Shown here in pieces: positions 30,713 through 41,239 of a DNA stretch of 64,000 nt. Positions within the stretch are counted from its first letter, which is position 1. Each line of letters starts with the position of its first letter. The DNA comes from Candidatus Latescibacterota bacterium (GTDB lineage: Bacteria > Latescibacterota > UBA2968 > GCA-2709665). A model generated the notes under the pieces. The model was not told where the DNA came from and did no database searches. It saw only the letters and a list, made by a program, of their open reading frames with translations. Location: NCBI GenBank assembly GCA_965219995.1, contig CBDCOX010000002.1:3136001-3200000 (forward strand). The letters are read 5' to 3'. The translations under genes were made by a program, and so were the position numbers.

Positions 30713-32593
30713 TTTCACCACGTCCGATTCAAGTTGTTCCGCGATCTGTTCCGCGAGCCTGGGTCCGATACCCTCCACAGCCGCGAGTTCGGACGCGCCC
30801 GCCTGCCATATCTTCTTCATCGACCCGAAGTGCGTCAGCAGCGCCTTTCTCCGTGCCGGGCCCACGCCGTCGAGTTCATCCAGACGGGAAGCCAGCGTTC
30901 GTTTCTGCCTCAGCTTCCGGTGATAGGTGACCGCGAACCGGTGCGATTCATCCCGGACGGCCTGCAGCAGCTTGAGCGCGGCCGAAACCTTGGGGATGTT
31001 CTGAGGCTCCGAATGACCGGGCAGGAACACGTCCTCCAGGCGTTTCGCCAGGCCGATGACGGGCTGACTCCGAACGCCCACCTCCCGCAATGCCGCCACG
31101 GCGCTGGAAAGCTGCCCCTTCCCGCCGTCGATCAACAACAGGTCGGGAAACGCCCGCCCCTCCTCCATCAGCCGCTTGAAGCGCCGCGTCACCACCTGCC
31201 GCATCATCGCGAAATCGTCGGGTCCCTCGATGCCCGTAATCCTGAAGTGCCTGTACTCGGACTTCCGGGGCCGGCCATCCACGAAACACACCAGCGACGC
31301 CACGGGATCCGAACCCTGGAAATTCGAGATGTCCATGGCCTCGATCCGCTTCGGGGGACGCTCGAGGTGAAGGTCGCGCTGGAGCGCGGCGACGGCGGCG
31401 GGCGCCTGGGACCGCCTGTTTTCCCGCCTCAACCGGCGCTCGCTGAGCAAAAGCGCGGCATTGTTCTCGGCCATCTTCACCAGACGCGCCTTGTCGCCAC
31501 GCTGGGGCACGCGGATTTCCACAAGACCGCCGGCCCGTCCCCGCAGCCAGTCCAGTACGGTCTCGCGGGATTCGATGTCGCACGGCAGGCAGATCTCCTC
31601 GGGCACGAACGAGGCGGTCAGATAGAGCAACTGCACGAAGGAGCCGACCACCTCGGCCATGGGCGCATCGAGCACGCCGCCCAGAAAATAGTGCTGCCGT
31701 CCGATCAGCCTCCCTTCCCGGACCTCCATCACCACGCAGCAGGCTTCGTCGTCTTCCCTGGCAACCGCGATCGTATCCCAGTCCTTCAGCTCCGGCGACA
31801 CCACCTTCTGGCGACTGGTCGTCTGCTCGAGGTCCCTCAGGCGGTCCCGGTAGACCGCGGCCTCTTCGAAATGCTGCCCGGCCGCCGCCTGCTTCATGCG
31901 TTCCTTCAGCGCGGCCACGACCTGGGTGTGGCGTCCCGTAAGAAACAGCACCGCCTCCCGCACGATCTTGCGGTACTCCGCCGCCGAAATCAGCCCCTCG
32001 CAGGGGCCGTCGCACCGTTTGATCTCGTAGTCCAGGCACAGACGGACGTTGTCCGCCGGCAGCGCATAGTCGCAACTGCGGACCCGGAACAGCCGGTGCA
32101 TCGTTTCCAGCGTCCGGCGCAGGGCCTTTACGTCCGTATAGGGGCCCAGATAACGCGACCCGTCCTTGACCACGTCGCGCGTGAACACGATCCGGGGAAA
32201 CGGCTCATCGGTAATACGTATAAAGGGGTATTTCTTGTCGTCCTTCAGATTGATATTGTACCGGGGCTTATGCTCTTTGACCAGATTGGCTTCCAGAATC
32301 AGGGCCTCCACCTCGGTATCCGCCACGATGTATTCCAGGTCTCTCGTGTTGCGCACGAGCGCCCGGAACTGCCGCCGGCCGTCGTCGGCGTTGGACCGGA
32401 TGTACGACTGCGCGCGGCTTCGGAGGCACTTGGCCTTTCCGATGTAGATGATCCGCCCCTGTTCGTCCTTCAACATGTATACGCCGGGTTCCCGGGGCAT
32501 GTGCGCCACAATCTCGTTCAGGCGCCTCCGCACGGCCTTACGGGTCATCTTCACCGGCGCTGCGCCGCGATTTTCGGATCCCGAATTCATCAT
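30701..32593 (-). CDS. uvrC: Excinuclease ABC subunit C
   Basis: PGVYM, IYIGKAK.LRSR, PRYNINLKDDKKYP, IEAMDIS, PDLLLIDGGKGQL, RDESHRFA, HhH; start uncertain (32593/32548). Confidence 0.96.
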   Translation of the reverse strand: MMNSGSENRGAAPVKMTRKAVRRRLNEIVAHMPREPGVYMLKDEQGRIIYIGKAKCLRSRAQSYIRSNADDGRRQFRALVRNTRDLEYIVADTEVEALILEANLVKEHKPRYNINLKDDKKYPFIRITDEPFPRIVFTRDVVKDGSRYLGPYTDVKALRRTLETMHRLFRVRSCDYALPADNVRLCLDYEIKRCDGPCEGLISAAEYRKIVREAVLFLTGRHTQVVAALKERMKQAAAGQHFEEAAVYRDRLRDLEQTTSRQKVVSPELKDWDTIAVAREDDEACCVVMEVREGRLIGRQHYFLGGVLDAPMAEVVGSFVQLLYLTASFVPEEICLPCDIESRETVLDWLRGRAGGLVEIRVPQRGDKARLVKMAENNAALLLSERRLRRENRRSQAPAAVAALQRDLHLERPPKRIEAMDISNFQGSDPVASLVCFVDGRPRKSEYRHFRITGIEGPDDFAMMRQVVTRRFKRLMEEGRAFPDLLLIDGGKGQLSSAVAALREVGVRSQPVIGLAKRLEDVFLPGHSEPQNIPKVSAALKLLQAVRDESHRFAVTYHRKLRQKRTLASRLDELDGVGPARRKALLTHFGSMKKIWQAGASELAAVEGIGPRLAEQIAEQLESDVVKRGQ

Positions 32594-32653
32594 CCATGCC
32601 CTGGAAACGACGAAACACGCGAAAAAGACGAAAAATCCTTGGCTGAAAGCAAT

Positions 32654-32788
32654 GGCCGCAAGAGGCACGAAAACACAGAATGAGAAACCGAATTCCACGA
32701 ACCGCTGAATGCCTGTGTTTGGCGCCAAACTTCCATAATACCCCGGTTATGTTCTCTTCCTTCTGTGCCTTTTGTGCTTTTTGTGGCC
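32654..32788. repeat. Nonamer-based inverted repeat enclosing ~80 bp
   Basis: GGCCGCAAGAGGCACGAAAACACAGAA ... TTCTGTGCCTTTTGTGCTTTTTGTGGCC. Confidence 0.75.
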
Positions 32789-32842
32789 GAATTGACGGTT
32801 GTCTTCTTTTGAGTTGAGGTTATAACCACCGGCCCGCGTTGG

Positions 32843-33337
32843 TCACAAGTCCAGAATCTCCACCTGCAAGCGCCGCAGATCCAGCAACCCGACCGTACAC
32901 CGGCCGGTGACCCAGCCGCCCGCCTCCCCGGGATTCACCACCAGGGTATCGCCGCGACGGACGTCGATCTCGTGCGTATGGCCGTACACGATCACGTCGT
33001 AGGCGCCGCTTTCGGCCAGCGCGTCCACTTCATCGGGCTCGTGCAGCACCAGCAGCCGCCTGCCTTCGCAATCGAACGCATGAGGCGGCCGGTGGATGGG
33101 CCCCAGCGACTCGAACTGGGCGCGAAGACCGAATCTCTCGCCGTCGTTATTGCCGAAAACGCCCACCATGGGCGCGTTCAGGGCCGCCATCCACCTGGCG
33201 TTGAAGGGCGCGATGAAGTCTCCGGCGTGCACCACGAGTCCCACCTCTTTCTCATTGAACAACGCCACCGATTTCTCCACCGATGTCCGGTTGTCGTGCG
33301 TGTCCGCAATCAGTCCCACCAGATGCGCGTGTGCCAT
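32843..33337 (-). CDS. Metallophosphoesterase, YfcE/MJ0936 family
   Basis: ADTHDN, HAGD, GNND, YGHTH, VNPGE. Confidence 0.92.
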   Translation of the reverse strand: MAHAHLVGLIADTHDNRTSVEKSVALFNEKEVGLVVHAGDFIAPFNARWMAALNAPMVGVFGNNDGERFGLRAQFESLGPIHRPPHAFDCEGRRLLVLHEPDEVDALAESGAYDVIVYGHTHEIDVRRGDTLVVNPGEAGGWVTGRCTVGLLDLRRLQVEILDL

Positions 33338-33422
33338 GGAAACCGTCCGTTGGTTTGCGGGTTGCGAAGACCGTTTTCCGACTCGAAACGGGCGCGGCGC
33401 CGGGGCCGCGGGAGTCAAGACA

Positions 33423-33451
33423 AACTTACGTCCCTCCCGCGGTTTTGTCAA
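33423..33451 (-). promoter_or_regulatory. Putative sigma70 promoter
   Basis: TTGACA-N17-TAAGTT on the minus strand. Confidence 0.45.
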
Positions 33452-33502
33452 CCGATGGGCACGTGTTAGGGATACGCTTCGGCGACATCGAACGCAAAAC
33501 AT

Positions 33503-33825
33503 GTCATTCTGAGCGCAGCGAAGAATCTCCCGTCTTCTCGGCTTGACGCGCAGCGGAAGCCCTCGCCAACCCATATGCGCGGAGGCATGGTTGCCCTGGC
33601 GCCGCCTCAGCCTGGAGGTGTAGGCGCAAACGTGCCGCCTGCCAGTTTCGCGCGAATAACAGAACACGCTCGGGTATCAAGCGATGCCGCAGTAGATCCT
33701 TCGTCGGCCTGCCTGCCGATGAACCGCCGGCAGACAAAATGGCCTCCTCAGGATGACATGTTGGGCGATCGGCCGGCCTGTCATTCTGAGCAACATTGAT
33801 GCCGGCAGACAGGAATGTCTGTCCC
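33503..33825. repeat. REP-like composite repeat
   Basis: GTCATTCTGAGCGCAGCGAAGAATCTCCCGTCTTCT, a ~200-bp block matching 54818-55020, and the palindrome GGCAGACAGGAATGTCTG. Confidence 0.85.
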
Positions 33826-33945
33826 GGAAATAGGTTTGTGTTGACAAGTACGATAGATTGTGTGAATTTTGAGACCGTCCATAACGCGGGCGGGTGTCGG
33901 GGCGGCGCGGAAGTCGTCCCGACCGCCGTTACAGAGGAAAATTCA

Positions 33946-34875
33946 ATGCCGGTATTGAAGATCGCGCTGCCGTCCGGCAGCCTCCGGGATGCCACCCTCA
34001 ATCTGTTCGCGAACGCCGGCTATCGCATTCTCGCCAATCACAGGTCCTACACGCCGTCGATCGACGACCCGGACCTGGAGGGCCTGTTCCTGCGCGCGCA
34101 GGAAATCGCCCATTACGTGGAGCGGGGCGTTCTCGACGTCGGCCTGACCGGCAAAGACTGGATCCTGGAAAACGACGCGGACGTTGTCGAAGTCGTGGAA
34201 CTCCCGTACAGCAAATCCACCGCGCGGTCGGCACGCTGGGTGATCGCCGTACCGGAGGAATCGCCGGTTCGGACGGTGAACGACCTCCACGGCGGACGTA
34301 TCGCGACCGAACTGGTGAACGTGACCCGAAAATATCTCGACGCCCGGGGCGTGCAGGCCGAGGTGGAGTTTTCCTGGGGGTCCACGGAAGCCAAGGTCCG
34401 CACGGCCGGCGCGCCGCACGGCAGCGGAAACGGGGAGGACGACAGGGCCTTCGAGCCGGGGCTGGTGGACGCCATTGTGGAACTCACCGAAACCGGCTCT
34501 TCCATCCGCGCCAACAAACTTCGAATCGTGGAGGACCTGCTGGAAACCACCCCCCGGTTCATCGCCAACAAGAGCGCGTGGGACGACCCCTGGAAACGGG
34601 AAAAGGCACAGAACATCGCCACGTTGCTTGTGGGCGCCTTTCAGGCCGAAGACAAGGTAGGCCTCAAGATGAACGTCCGACGGCAGGACCTGGATGCGGT
34701 TGTGGCATTGCTTCCGGCCCTGAACAACCCCACGATCTCGAATCTGCTGGACGGCGACTGGGTGGCCGTGGAGGTGGTCGTTGATGAACGCGTGGTGCGC
34801 GACACCGTGCCCCTGCTGAAGAACAAAGGCGCCGAAGGCATCATCGAATACCCACTGAACAAAGTGATCTACTGA
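33946..34875 (+). CDS. hisG: ATP phosphoribosyltransferase (long form)
   Basis: [59 protein letters not shown]. Confidence 0.97.
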   Translation: MPVLKIALPSGSLRDATLNLFANAGYRILANHRSYTPSIDDPDLEGLFLRAQEIAHYVERGVLDVGLTGKDWILENDADVVEVVELPYSKSTARSARWVIAVPEESPVRTVNDLHGGRIATELVNVTRKYLDARGVQAEVEFSWGSTEAKVRTAGAPHGSGNGEDDRAFEPGLVDAIVELTETGSSIRANKLRIVEDLLETTPRFIANKSAWDDPWKREKAQNIATLLVGAFQAEDKVGLKMNVRRQDLDAVVALLPALNNPTISNLLDGDWVAVEVVVDERVVRDTVPLLKNKGAEGIIEYPLNKVIY

Positions 34876-36170
34876 TGATCGACGTTGTCGTCCACGATGC
34901 GGAGAATCCGCCCCCGAGACTCCAGGCCATTCTCTCCCGGACCACCGATTTCGAGCCTGAACTGCTGGCCTCCGCGCAGGAGGTCGTCCGGGACGTGAGA
35001 GAACGAGGGGACGATGCGGTCCTGGAATACACCCGTCAATTCGACGGCGTGGAACTCGACGCGGGCCGGATCCGGGTGCCCGAGCCGGAAATCGAAGCCG
35101 CTTACCGCGGCACGGACCCGGAACTTCTCAGGACCATCTCTGCCGCGGCGGACAACATCCGGCGGTTTCACAACGAGCAGAAACAGACGTCCTGGTTCAT
35201 CGAAGACGGCGACGGCGTGGTGCTCGGCCGACGGGTGCTTCCCATCGAACGGGTTGGCATTCTCATCCCCGGCGCCAGCGCCCCGCTTTTCTCCACGCTC
35301 CTGATGGCGGCCATTCCCGCCGGGATCGCGGGCGTAACGCGAATCTGCATGGCCACGCCTCCACGGCAGGACGGGTCCGTGCATCCCGCCGTACTGGCGG
35401 CCGCGCAACTCGTGGGCGTCAAGGAAATCTACCGGGTTTTCGGCGCCCAGGCCGTTGCCGCCATGGCCTTCGGAACCGCCTCCATCCCCAGGGTGGACAA
35501 ACTCGTGGGTCCCGGCCACCCCTCCGTTCAGATCGCAAAGAAGTTGGTCTTCGGGACGGTCGACGTCGACATGGTTGCCGGACCCAGCGAGATTGTCGTT
35601 CTGGCCGACGAAAGCGCCAACCCGAGGCACGCCGCGGCCGACCTGCTGTCGCAGGCCGAACACGGGAGCGGGTTCGAGGCGGCCGTGTGCATCACGCCGA
35701 GCATCGACCTCGCGCGGCGGGTCGCGGACGAAGTCGAACGGCAGGCCGCCCGCCTGAATCGCCGCGACGACGTCCGCAGGGCCCTCCGCAACTTCGGCGC
35801 GGTGGTGGTGGTGAAGGACCTGAACGAAGGCATCGCGCTGGCCAACCGGATCGCCCCGGAACACCTGGAGCTCCTGGTGCGGGACCCCTGGGCCTGCCTG
35901 GACGACGTCCGTCACGCGGGCGCGGTCTTTATGGGCGCCGCGTCGTCCGAACCCGTGGGCGATTACTATGCCGGCGTGAACCACATCCTGCCCACCGCCG
36001 GCGCCGCGCGCTTCGCCTCGCCGGTGGGCGTGGATACCTTTCTGAAGAGCGCGAGCATCGTCTCCTACACGGACAGGCGCCTGAAGAAAACGGCCGGCGA
36101 CATCATCGCGCTGGCCGAAGCCGAGGGACTGGACGCGCACGCGAACGCCATCCGTGTCCGGCAGGAATAA
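34875..36170 (+). CDS. hisD: Histidinol dehydrogenase
   Basis: GAQAVAAMAFGT, DMVAGPSE, SQAEH, APEHL, GDYYAGVNHILPT. Confidence 0.95.
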   Translation: MIDVVVHDAENPPPRLQAILSRTTDFEPELLASAQEVVRDVRERGDDAVLEYTRQFDGVELDAGRIRVPEPEIEAAYRGTDPELLRTISAAADNIRRFHNEQKQTSWFIEDGDGVVLGRRVLPIERVGILIPGASAPLFSTLLMAAIPAGIAGVTRICMATPPRQDGSVHPAVLAAAQLVGVKEIYRVFGAQAVAAMAFGTASIPRVDKLVGPGHPSVQIAKKLVFGTVDVDMVAGPSEIVVLADESANPRHAAADLLSQAEHGSGFEAAVCITPSIDLARRVADEVERQAARLNRRDDVRRALRNFGAVVVVKDLNEGIALANRIAPEHLELLVRDPWACLDDVRHAGAVFMGAASSEPVGDYYAGVNHILPTAGAARFASPVGVDTFLKSASIVSYTDRRLKKTAGDIIALAEAEGLDAHANAIRVRQE

Positions 36171-36173
36171 GGC

Positions 36174-37253
36174 ATGGTCGATCCGCCCCTGAAACGCATC
36201 AAACCGGAAATCCGTTCGGTGGACGGGTACCACCTGACGCACTACGACTGTCCGGTAAAGCTGAATCAGAACGAAAGCCCGTTCGACATTCCGGACGATC
36301 TGAAAAACGAGATCCTGGAAGCCGTCCGGAAGCGACCCTGGTTCCGCTACCCCCAGCCGATGGAGATGGACCTGGTGGAAGCGCTGGCAGGGTACGTCGG
36401 CTGGCGTCCGGACGGGCTGATCGTGTGCAACGGATCCAACACCCTGGTGCAGCTGGTCCTGGCAGTCAGCACCTCCCCCGGCGCGCCCGTGGTGGTCCCC
36501 TCCCCCGGTTTTTCGTTGTACGGGCTCTACGCCGGCTTTTTCGGGGGCCGGGTGATTCCGGTGGACCTCAGGGCGGACCACACGTTCGATCTTCCGGGAA
36601 TCCGGGAAGCTGTCCGGCGGGAAAAGGCGAACATGGTCATTATCGGCTCGCCCAGCAACCCCACCGGCTGCGTCGTTTCCAACGCGGACCTGGAAGCCCT
36701 GCTCGGTGAGACCGACGCGCTGGTGATGGTGGACGAGGCCTATGCCGAGTTCAGCGACGAGACCGCGCGCGACCTGATCTCCGAGTATGCCAACCTCATC
36801 GTGTTGAAGACGTTCTCGAAAGCCCTGGGCGCCGCGGGCATCCGCATCGGCTACCTGATGGCGCATCCGGAGATCGCGGGAGAGGTCCTGAAGGCCAAGG
36901 TCCCATTCGACGTCAATGTCTTTTCCCATACAGCGGCGCTGCATATTCTGAAACACGGTCGCCTGATCCGGGAACGCGTGGGCATGATCCGGGAGGAACG
37001 CGAGCGGGTGTTCGCGGCACTGCGGAAGATCGACGGCGTACGCCCCTACCCTTCGCACGCCAACTTCATCCTCTTCGAAGTCGGCAACCCGGACCGGGTC
37101 TTCGACGGGCTGATCGAAAGGGGCATCCTCATCCGCAACGTGACTTCCTATCCGCGGCTGGAAAACGCCCTGCGCGTCAGCATCGGGACGGTGGAGGAAA
37201 ACACCCTGTTTCTGGACGCGCTCGAACAGACGCTCGACGATTCGTATGTGTAA
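36174..37253 (+). CDS. hisC: Histidinol-phosphate aminotransferase
   Basis: KLNQNESP, SPSNPTG, VDEAYAEF, KTFSKALGAAGIRIGY. Confidence 0.96.
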   Translation: MVDPPLKRIKPEIRSVDGYHLTHYDCPVKLNQNESPFDIPDDLKNEILEAVRKRPWFRYPQPMEMDLVEALAGYVGWRPDGLIVCNGSNTLVQLVLAVSTSPGAPVVVPSPGFSLYGLYAGFFGGRVIPVDLRADHTFDLPGIREAVRREKANMVIIGSPSNPTGCVVSNADLEALLGETDALVMVDEAYAEFSDETARDLISEYANLIVLKTFSKALGAAGIRIGYLMAHPEIAGEVLKAKVPFDVNVFSHTAALHILKHGRLIRERVGMIREERERVFAALRKIDGVRPYPSHANFILFEVGNPDRVFDGLIERGILIRNVTSYPRLENALRVSIGTVEENTLFLDALEQTLDDSYV

Positions 37254-37276
37254 CCTGGATCATATATAGAACATAA

Positions 37277-37352
37277 ACTCACATGGATGGACAGGATGCA
37301 CAGGATAAAGCAGGATTAAAACCAAGAGCAGGATCAAGACCTGATGCAGGAA
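37277..37352. repeat. CAGGAT-core nonamer-like repeat between hisC and hisB
   Basis: acatggatggacaggatgcacaggataaagcaggatt...gcaggatc. Confidence 0.6.
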
Positions 37353-37491
37353 AAAGCCAGGCGCAGGAGAAAACTTCGCTGTTCCGGGCCGTAGCGATGA
37401 ATCCGTGCGCCTGCAGACCGCGCAACGTCGCGTCGACCAACCCGATTTCCCGTTTTCGAAATGTGTCACGACTCAGGAAAGGGCGACCCCC

Positions 37492-38085
37492 ATGCCGGTT
37501 CTTCGCACCGCCCGCATCCAACGCAAGACGTCGGAAACCGACGTCGATCTCACGCTGAACCTGGACGGTTCGGGCGACGGCCGGCTGGAAACAGGCATCG
37601 GTTTTTTCGATCACATGCTCAACGCATTCGCCCGGCATGGCGGTTTCGACCTGGACGTGGCCTGCCGGGGCGACCTGGACGTGGACGCGCACCATACCGT
37701 TGAAGACGTGGGCATCTGTCTCGGCCGGGCGTTCACGGAGGCGCTGGGCGACAAGGCCGGCATTACGCGCTTCGGACACAGTTTCGTGCCCATGGACGAA
37801 GCCCTGGCGCGCGCGGCCGTGGACCTTTCGGGCCGGCCCTTCCTGGTCTACAATGCCGATCTGCCCGACGAAATGGTCGGCGCGTATCCGACGGCGATGA
37901 GCCCGGAGTTCTTCCGGTCCCTCGCGGACCACGGGCGCCTGAACGCGCATATCGATCTGATTCGCGGGACAAACGCCCACCACGCCACAGAGGCCGTTTT
38001 CAAGGCCGTGGGCCGGGCGCTGCGCCAGGCATGCGGGCAGGACCCCGGCGTAGTGGGAATTCCTTCGACCAAGGGCGTGTTGTAG
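37492..38085 (+). CDS. hisB: Imidazoleglycerol-phosphate dehydratase
   Basis: TGIGFFDHML, VDAHHTVED, PMDEAL, NAHHATEA, IPSTKGVL. Confidence 0.97.
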   Translation: MPVLRTARIQRKTSETDVDLTLNLDGSGDGRLETGIGFFDHMLNAFARHGGFDLDVACRGDLDVDAHHTVEDVGICLGRAFTEALGDKAGITRFGHSFVPMDEALARAAVDLSGRPFLVYNADLPDEMVGAYPTAMSPEFFRSLADHGRLNAHIDLIRGTNAHHATEAVFKAVGRALRQACGQDPGVVGIPSTKGVL

Positions 38086-38603
38086 TGTTCGATCCGGATT
38101 CCGCGGGCCGGAAGGTCCTTACGCTGGAGCAGGCCCGGCGGGTCCGGCAGCGCCTGAAACGAAGCCGCGCCAGGCTGGTTTTCACGAACGGCTGCTTCGA
38201 CCTGATCCATCCCGGCCACGTCGCTTTCCTGCAGCGGGCCCGCTCGCTGGGCGACGCGCTCCTCCTGGGCCTCAACAGCGACGATTCCGTCCGGCGCATC
38301 AAGGGCCGGGGCCGGCCGATTCTCACGGCCGAGGAACGGACCGTCGTGCTTGCGGGCCTGGAAGCCGTGGACTATATCTGCGTGTTCGAGGAGGACACCC
38401 CGCACAATCTCGTCCGGGAACTCCTGCCCGACGTCCTCGTGAAGGGCGGGGACTATTCGCCGGACCAGATCGTCGCCCGCGAGGTGGTCGAAGACGCCGG
38501 GGGGCGCGCGGCCACCGTGTCCACCGCGTTCAACACCTCCACGTCGTCCATCATTGAACGGATAAGGCAGCGATCAGCGGTCGGCAGTCAGCAGTCAGCT
38601 TGA
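38085..38603 (+). CDS. rfaE2: Heptose-1-phosphate adenylyltransferase (RfaE domain II)
   Basis: VFTNGCFDLIHPGH, GLNSDDSVRRIKG.GRP, PDVLVKGGDY, STSSII; GTG overlaps the hisB TAG. Confidence 0.9.
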   Translation: MFDPDSAGRKVLTLEQARRVRQRLKRSRARLVFTNGCFDLIHPGHVAFLQRARSLGDALLLGLNSDDSVRRIKGRGRPILTAEERTVVLAGLEAVDYICVFEEDTPHNLVRELLPDVLVKGGDYSPDQIVAREVVEDAGGRAATVSTAFNTSTSSIIERIRQRSAVGSQQSA

Positions 38604-38637
38604 ATCAAAAGCGCCCTCACCCCCCGGACCATCAACC

Positions 38638-38902
38638 CCGGGGGAGACGTAAGACGTAAGACGTGAGAATTTGTGTGCCCCGTGTGGTTTCACATCTTTC
38701 CAGAGGCATTAAGGTAGAATCAATGGGGCAAGGATGTCATCTACCGTCTACCGTCTACCGTCTCACCGCTTTCAGGTTTGTCATCTACCGTCTACCCTCT
38801 TACGTCTCACCGAATTTACGAGACCTCTCCCCCCGGCCACTCACCCCCGGGGTAGACGCAAGACACGAGATAATATCAGTGCCCTAAAGGCGGTGAGAGA
38901 TT
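38638..38902 (+). repeat. Heptamer-arm element array (L-C-R-R, L-L)
   Basis: Same arms and C module. Confidence 0.88.
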
Positions 38903-38933
38903 TTCTCTTGAGGTTGGCGAAAACTGGTGCGCA

Positions 38934-40037
38934 ATGAGAATCCTCCACACCATTTACGATGACGTGGAGAATCCCTGGTGCGGAGGCGGCGGCGCGGTCC
39001 GGGCCCTGGAAATCAACCGCCGCCTCGCCGGCAGACACGACGTCACGCTCCTGACGGGGAACTTTCCCGGGGCCGCGCGGGAGGAAGACCGCGACGGGTT
39101 CCGGATACGCCGGGTGGGGACGAACCGGAACTACTGGCTCAGCCGTCTGAGCTTTTCGGCGCTGGCGTCGCGGGCGCTGGCGGCAGGGCCCTTCGACCTC
39201 TGGGTGTACGACTTTTCCGCGTTCTCGCCCGTTTGCGCCCTTCCATCCCTTCAGGCGAGGTCGGTGATGGTCTTTCACCATCCCATATCCGACCACGCCA
39301 CGCGGAAATATCCCGGCATCGGCATGGCGGCGGCCGTTTCCGAAGGCCTCCACGTCCGGCTGCCCCGCCGGATTATCGCGGTTTCTCCGAGCACGGCCCT
39401 GCACCTCAAAGGGCGCGCCCGTCCGAACACACCCATCCATACGATATGCAACGGCGTGAATCGAACGGCAGCGCCGGAAACGCGCGAAGAGGACTATATC
39501 CTCTTTTTCGGACGTCTGGATATCTACAACAAGGGCATCGACATTCTGCTTGCCGCATTCGCCAGGCTCGCACCGGCGCATCCGGACGTCCGCCTGGTCC
39601 TGGCGGGACGGGGTACCGGCGCGCGCCAGAGCGAACTGGCGGCCACTTCCCGGTCCCTGGGCATTTCCGATCGCGTCGAACTGACGGGGCCCGTCCCGGA
39701 AGCGGAAAAATGGAACCTCTACGGGGGCGCGTTGTTCACCTGTCAGCCCTCCCGTTACGAAGGCTGGGGCATCGCCGCCATCGAGTCGGGCGCCGCGGGG
39801 AAAGCGGTGATCGGCACGGAGATTCCGGGGCTTGTCGACGCCATACGGCACGACCGGACCGGCGTGCTCGTGCCCGCGGAAGATCCGGAAGCCCTGGCGG
39901 GCGCCATGACGGACCTCCTCGAGAATCCCCGGCGGCGCGCGGATCTGGGCCGAAACGGCAGAGACTGGGCCGCCAACTTTTCCTGGGACCGGATCGCCGC
40001 CGAACAGGAGCGGGTCTACGTTCAGGCGCTCGGGTGA
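38934..40037 (+). CDS. Glycosyltransferase family 4
   Basis: GRLD...KGID.LL, PSRYEGWGIAAIE. Confidence 0.92.
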   Translation: MRILHTIYDDVENPWCGGGGAVRALEINRRLAGRHDVTLLTGNFPGAAREEDRDGFRIRRVGTNRNYWLSRLSFSALASRALAAGPFDLWVYDFSAFSPVCALPSLQARSVMVFHHPISDHATRKYPGIGMAAAVSEGLHVRLPRRIIAVSPSTALHLKGRARPNTPIHTICNGVNRTAAPETREEDYILFFGRLDIYNKGIDILLAAFARLAPAHPDVRLVLAGRGTGARQSELAATSRSLGISDRVELTGPVPEAEKWNLYGGALFTCQPSRYEGWGIAAIESGAAGKAVIGTEIPGLVDAIRHDRTGVLVPAEDPEALAGAMTDLLENPRRRADLGRNGRDWAANFSWDRIAAEQERVYVQALG

Positions 40038-40042
40038 CGGAC

Positions 40043-41239
40043 ATGACGACCGAATACTCAAATGACATCTGCATTGTGGGCGGGGCCGGGCGCGTGGGCC
40101 TGCCCCTTGCGCTGACCTTCGCCGACGAGGGCTTTCGCGTTGTCGTCTGCGACATCAACGAGGCATCCCTGAGGATGATTCGCGACGGGCAGATGCCGTT
40201 CGCCGAAAAGGGCGCGGACGATCTGCTCGCACGGGCGCTTGCGGAAGGCCGGCTGGATGTGTCGTCCGACCCGGCGTCCGCGGCCGATGCGGCCACCGTG
40301 ATCGTGACCATCGGCACGCCCGCGGACGAATTGACGAAACCGATTCTCTCCACCTTCAAGAGCCTCGCGGACGACCTGCTGCCGCACCTGTCGGACGATC
40401 AGCTCGTCGTTCTCCGGTCCACTGTTTCCCCGGGAACCACCGACTGGCTGTACGACTACCTGCGCGCCAACGGCAGAAACCCGAAGGTCTCCTTCTGCCC
40501 CGAACGCATCGTCCAGGGCCAGGCCGTCGAAGAAATCCGGTTGCTCACCCAGATCGTCAGCGGCGCCACGCCGGAAGCGGAATGGAAAGCGGCCGCCCTC
40601 TTCGAGCGGATCTCCCCGCGGATTGTCCGCCTGACGCCCATCGAGGCCGAATTCGCGAAGCTGTTCAGCAACGCGTACCGGTATATTCAGTTTGCGACCG
40701 CAAACCAGTTCTATATGATTGCGAACGCCGCGGGCGTGGACTACAGCCGGGTGCTCGAAGGCATGAAGAAAGACTATCCCCGGGCGCGGGACATCCCCCC
40801 GGCGGGCTTCGCGGCGGGCCCGTGCCTGCTGAAGGACACCATGCAGCTGGCCGCGTTCGCCAGCGACGGTTTCACCCTGGGACAGGCGGCCATGAACGTC
40901 AACCAGGGCCTGGTGAACTACCTCGTCGAGGAGGTGCGGAACCGCTACGGCGACCTGCGCCGCCTCCGCGTCGGCCTGCTTGGCATGGCCTTCAAGGCGG
41001 ACAGCGACGACGTCCGGTTTTCGCTGAGCTACAAATTGAAGGACATCCTGGCCTTCCGCGCCAGGGAGGTGCTGACCACGGACCCGTACGTGACCTCCGA
41101 TCCGAACCTTCTGCCCATCGGGGAGGTGATGGAAAGAAGCGATCTGCTGGTCCTCTGCGTGCCGCACACCGCGTACCGGCGTCTGGACCTCAAAAACAAG
41201 CCGGTCCTGGATATCTGGGGGTTTCTGAACCTTGAGTAA
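40043..41239 (+). CDS. Nucleotide-sugar dehydrogenase (UDP-ManNAc/UDP-glucose dehydrogenase family)
   Basis: GGAGRVGLP, LRSTVSPGTT, FCPER, AEFAKL, AGPCLLKD, GMAFKADSDD.R.S. Confidence 0.9.
   Translation: MTTEYSNDICIVGGAGRVGLPLALTFADEGFRVVVCDINEASLRMIRDGQMPFAEKGADDLLARALAEGRLDVSSDPASAADAATVIVTIGTPADELTKPILSTFKSLADDLLPHLSDDQLVVLRSTVSPGTTDWLYDYLRANGRNPKVSFCPERIVQGQAVEEIRLLTQIVSGATPEAEWKAAALFERISPRIVRLTPIEAEFAKLFSNAYRYIQFATANQFYMIANAAGVDYSRVLEGMKKDYPRARDIPPAGFAAGPCLLKDTMQLAAFASDGFTLGQAAMNVNQGLVNYLVEEVRNRYGDLRRLRVGLLGMAFKADSDDVRFSLSYKLKDILAFRAREVLTTDPYVTSDPNLLPIGEVMERSDLLVLCVPHTAYRRLDLKNKPVLDIWGFLNLE

Noticed and set aside
33841-33870. TTGACA promoter or his attenuator before hisG
   Set aside because: The -10 match is poor (GAATTT) and there is no His-codon leader peptide
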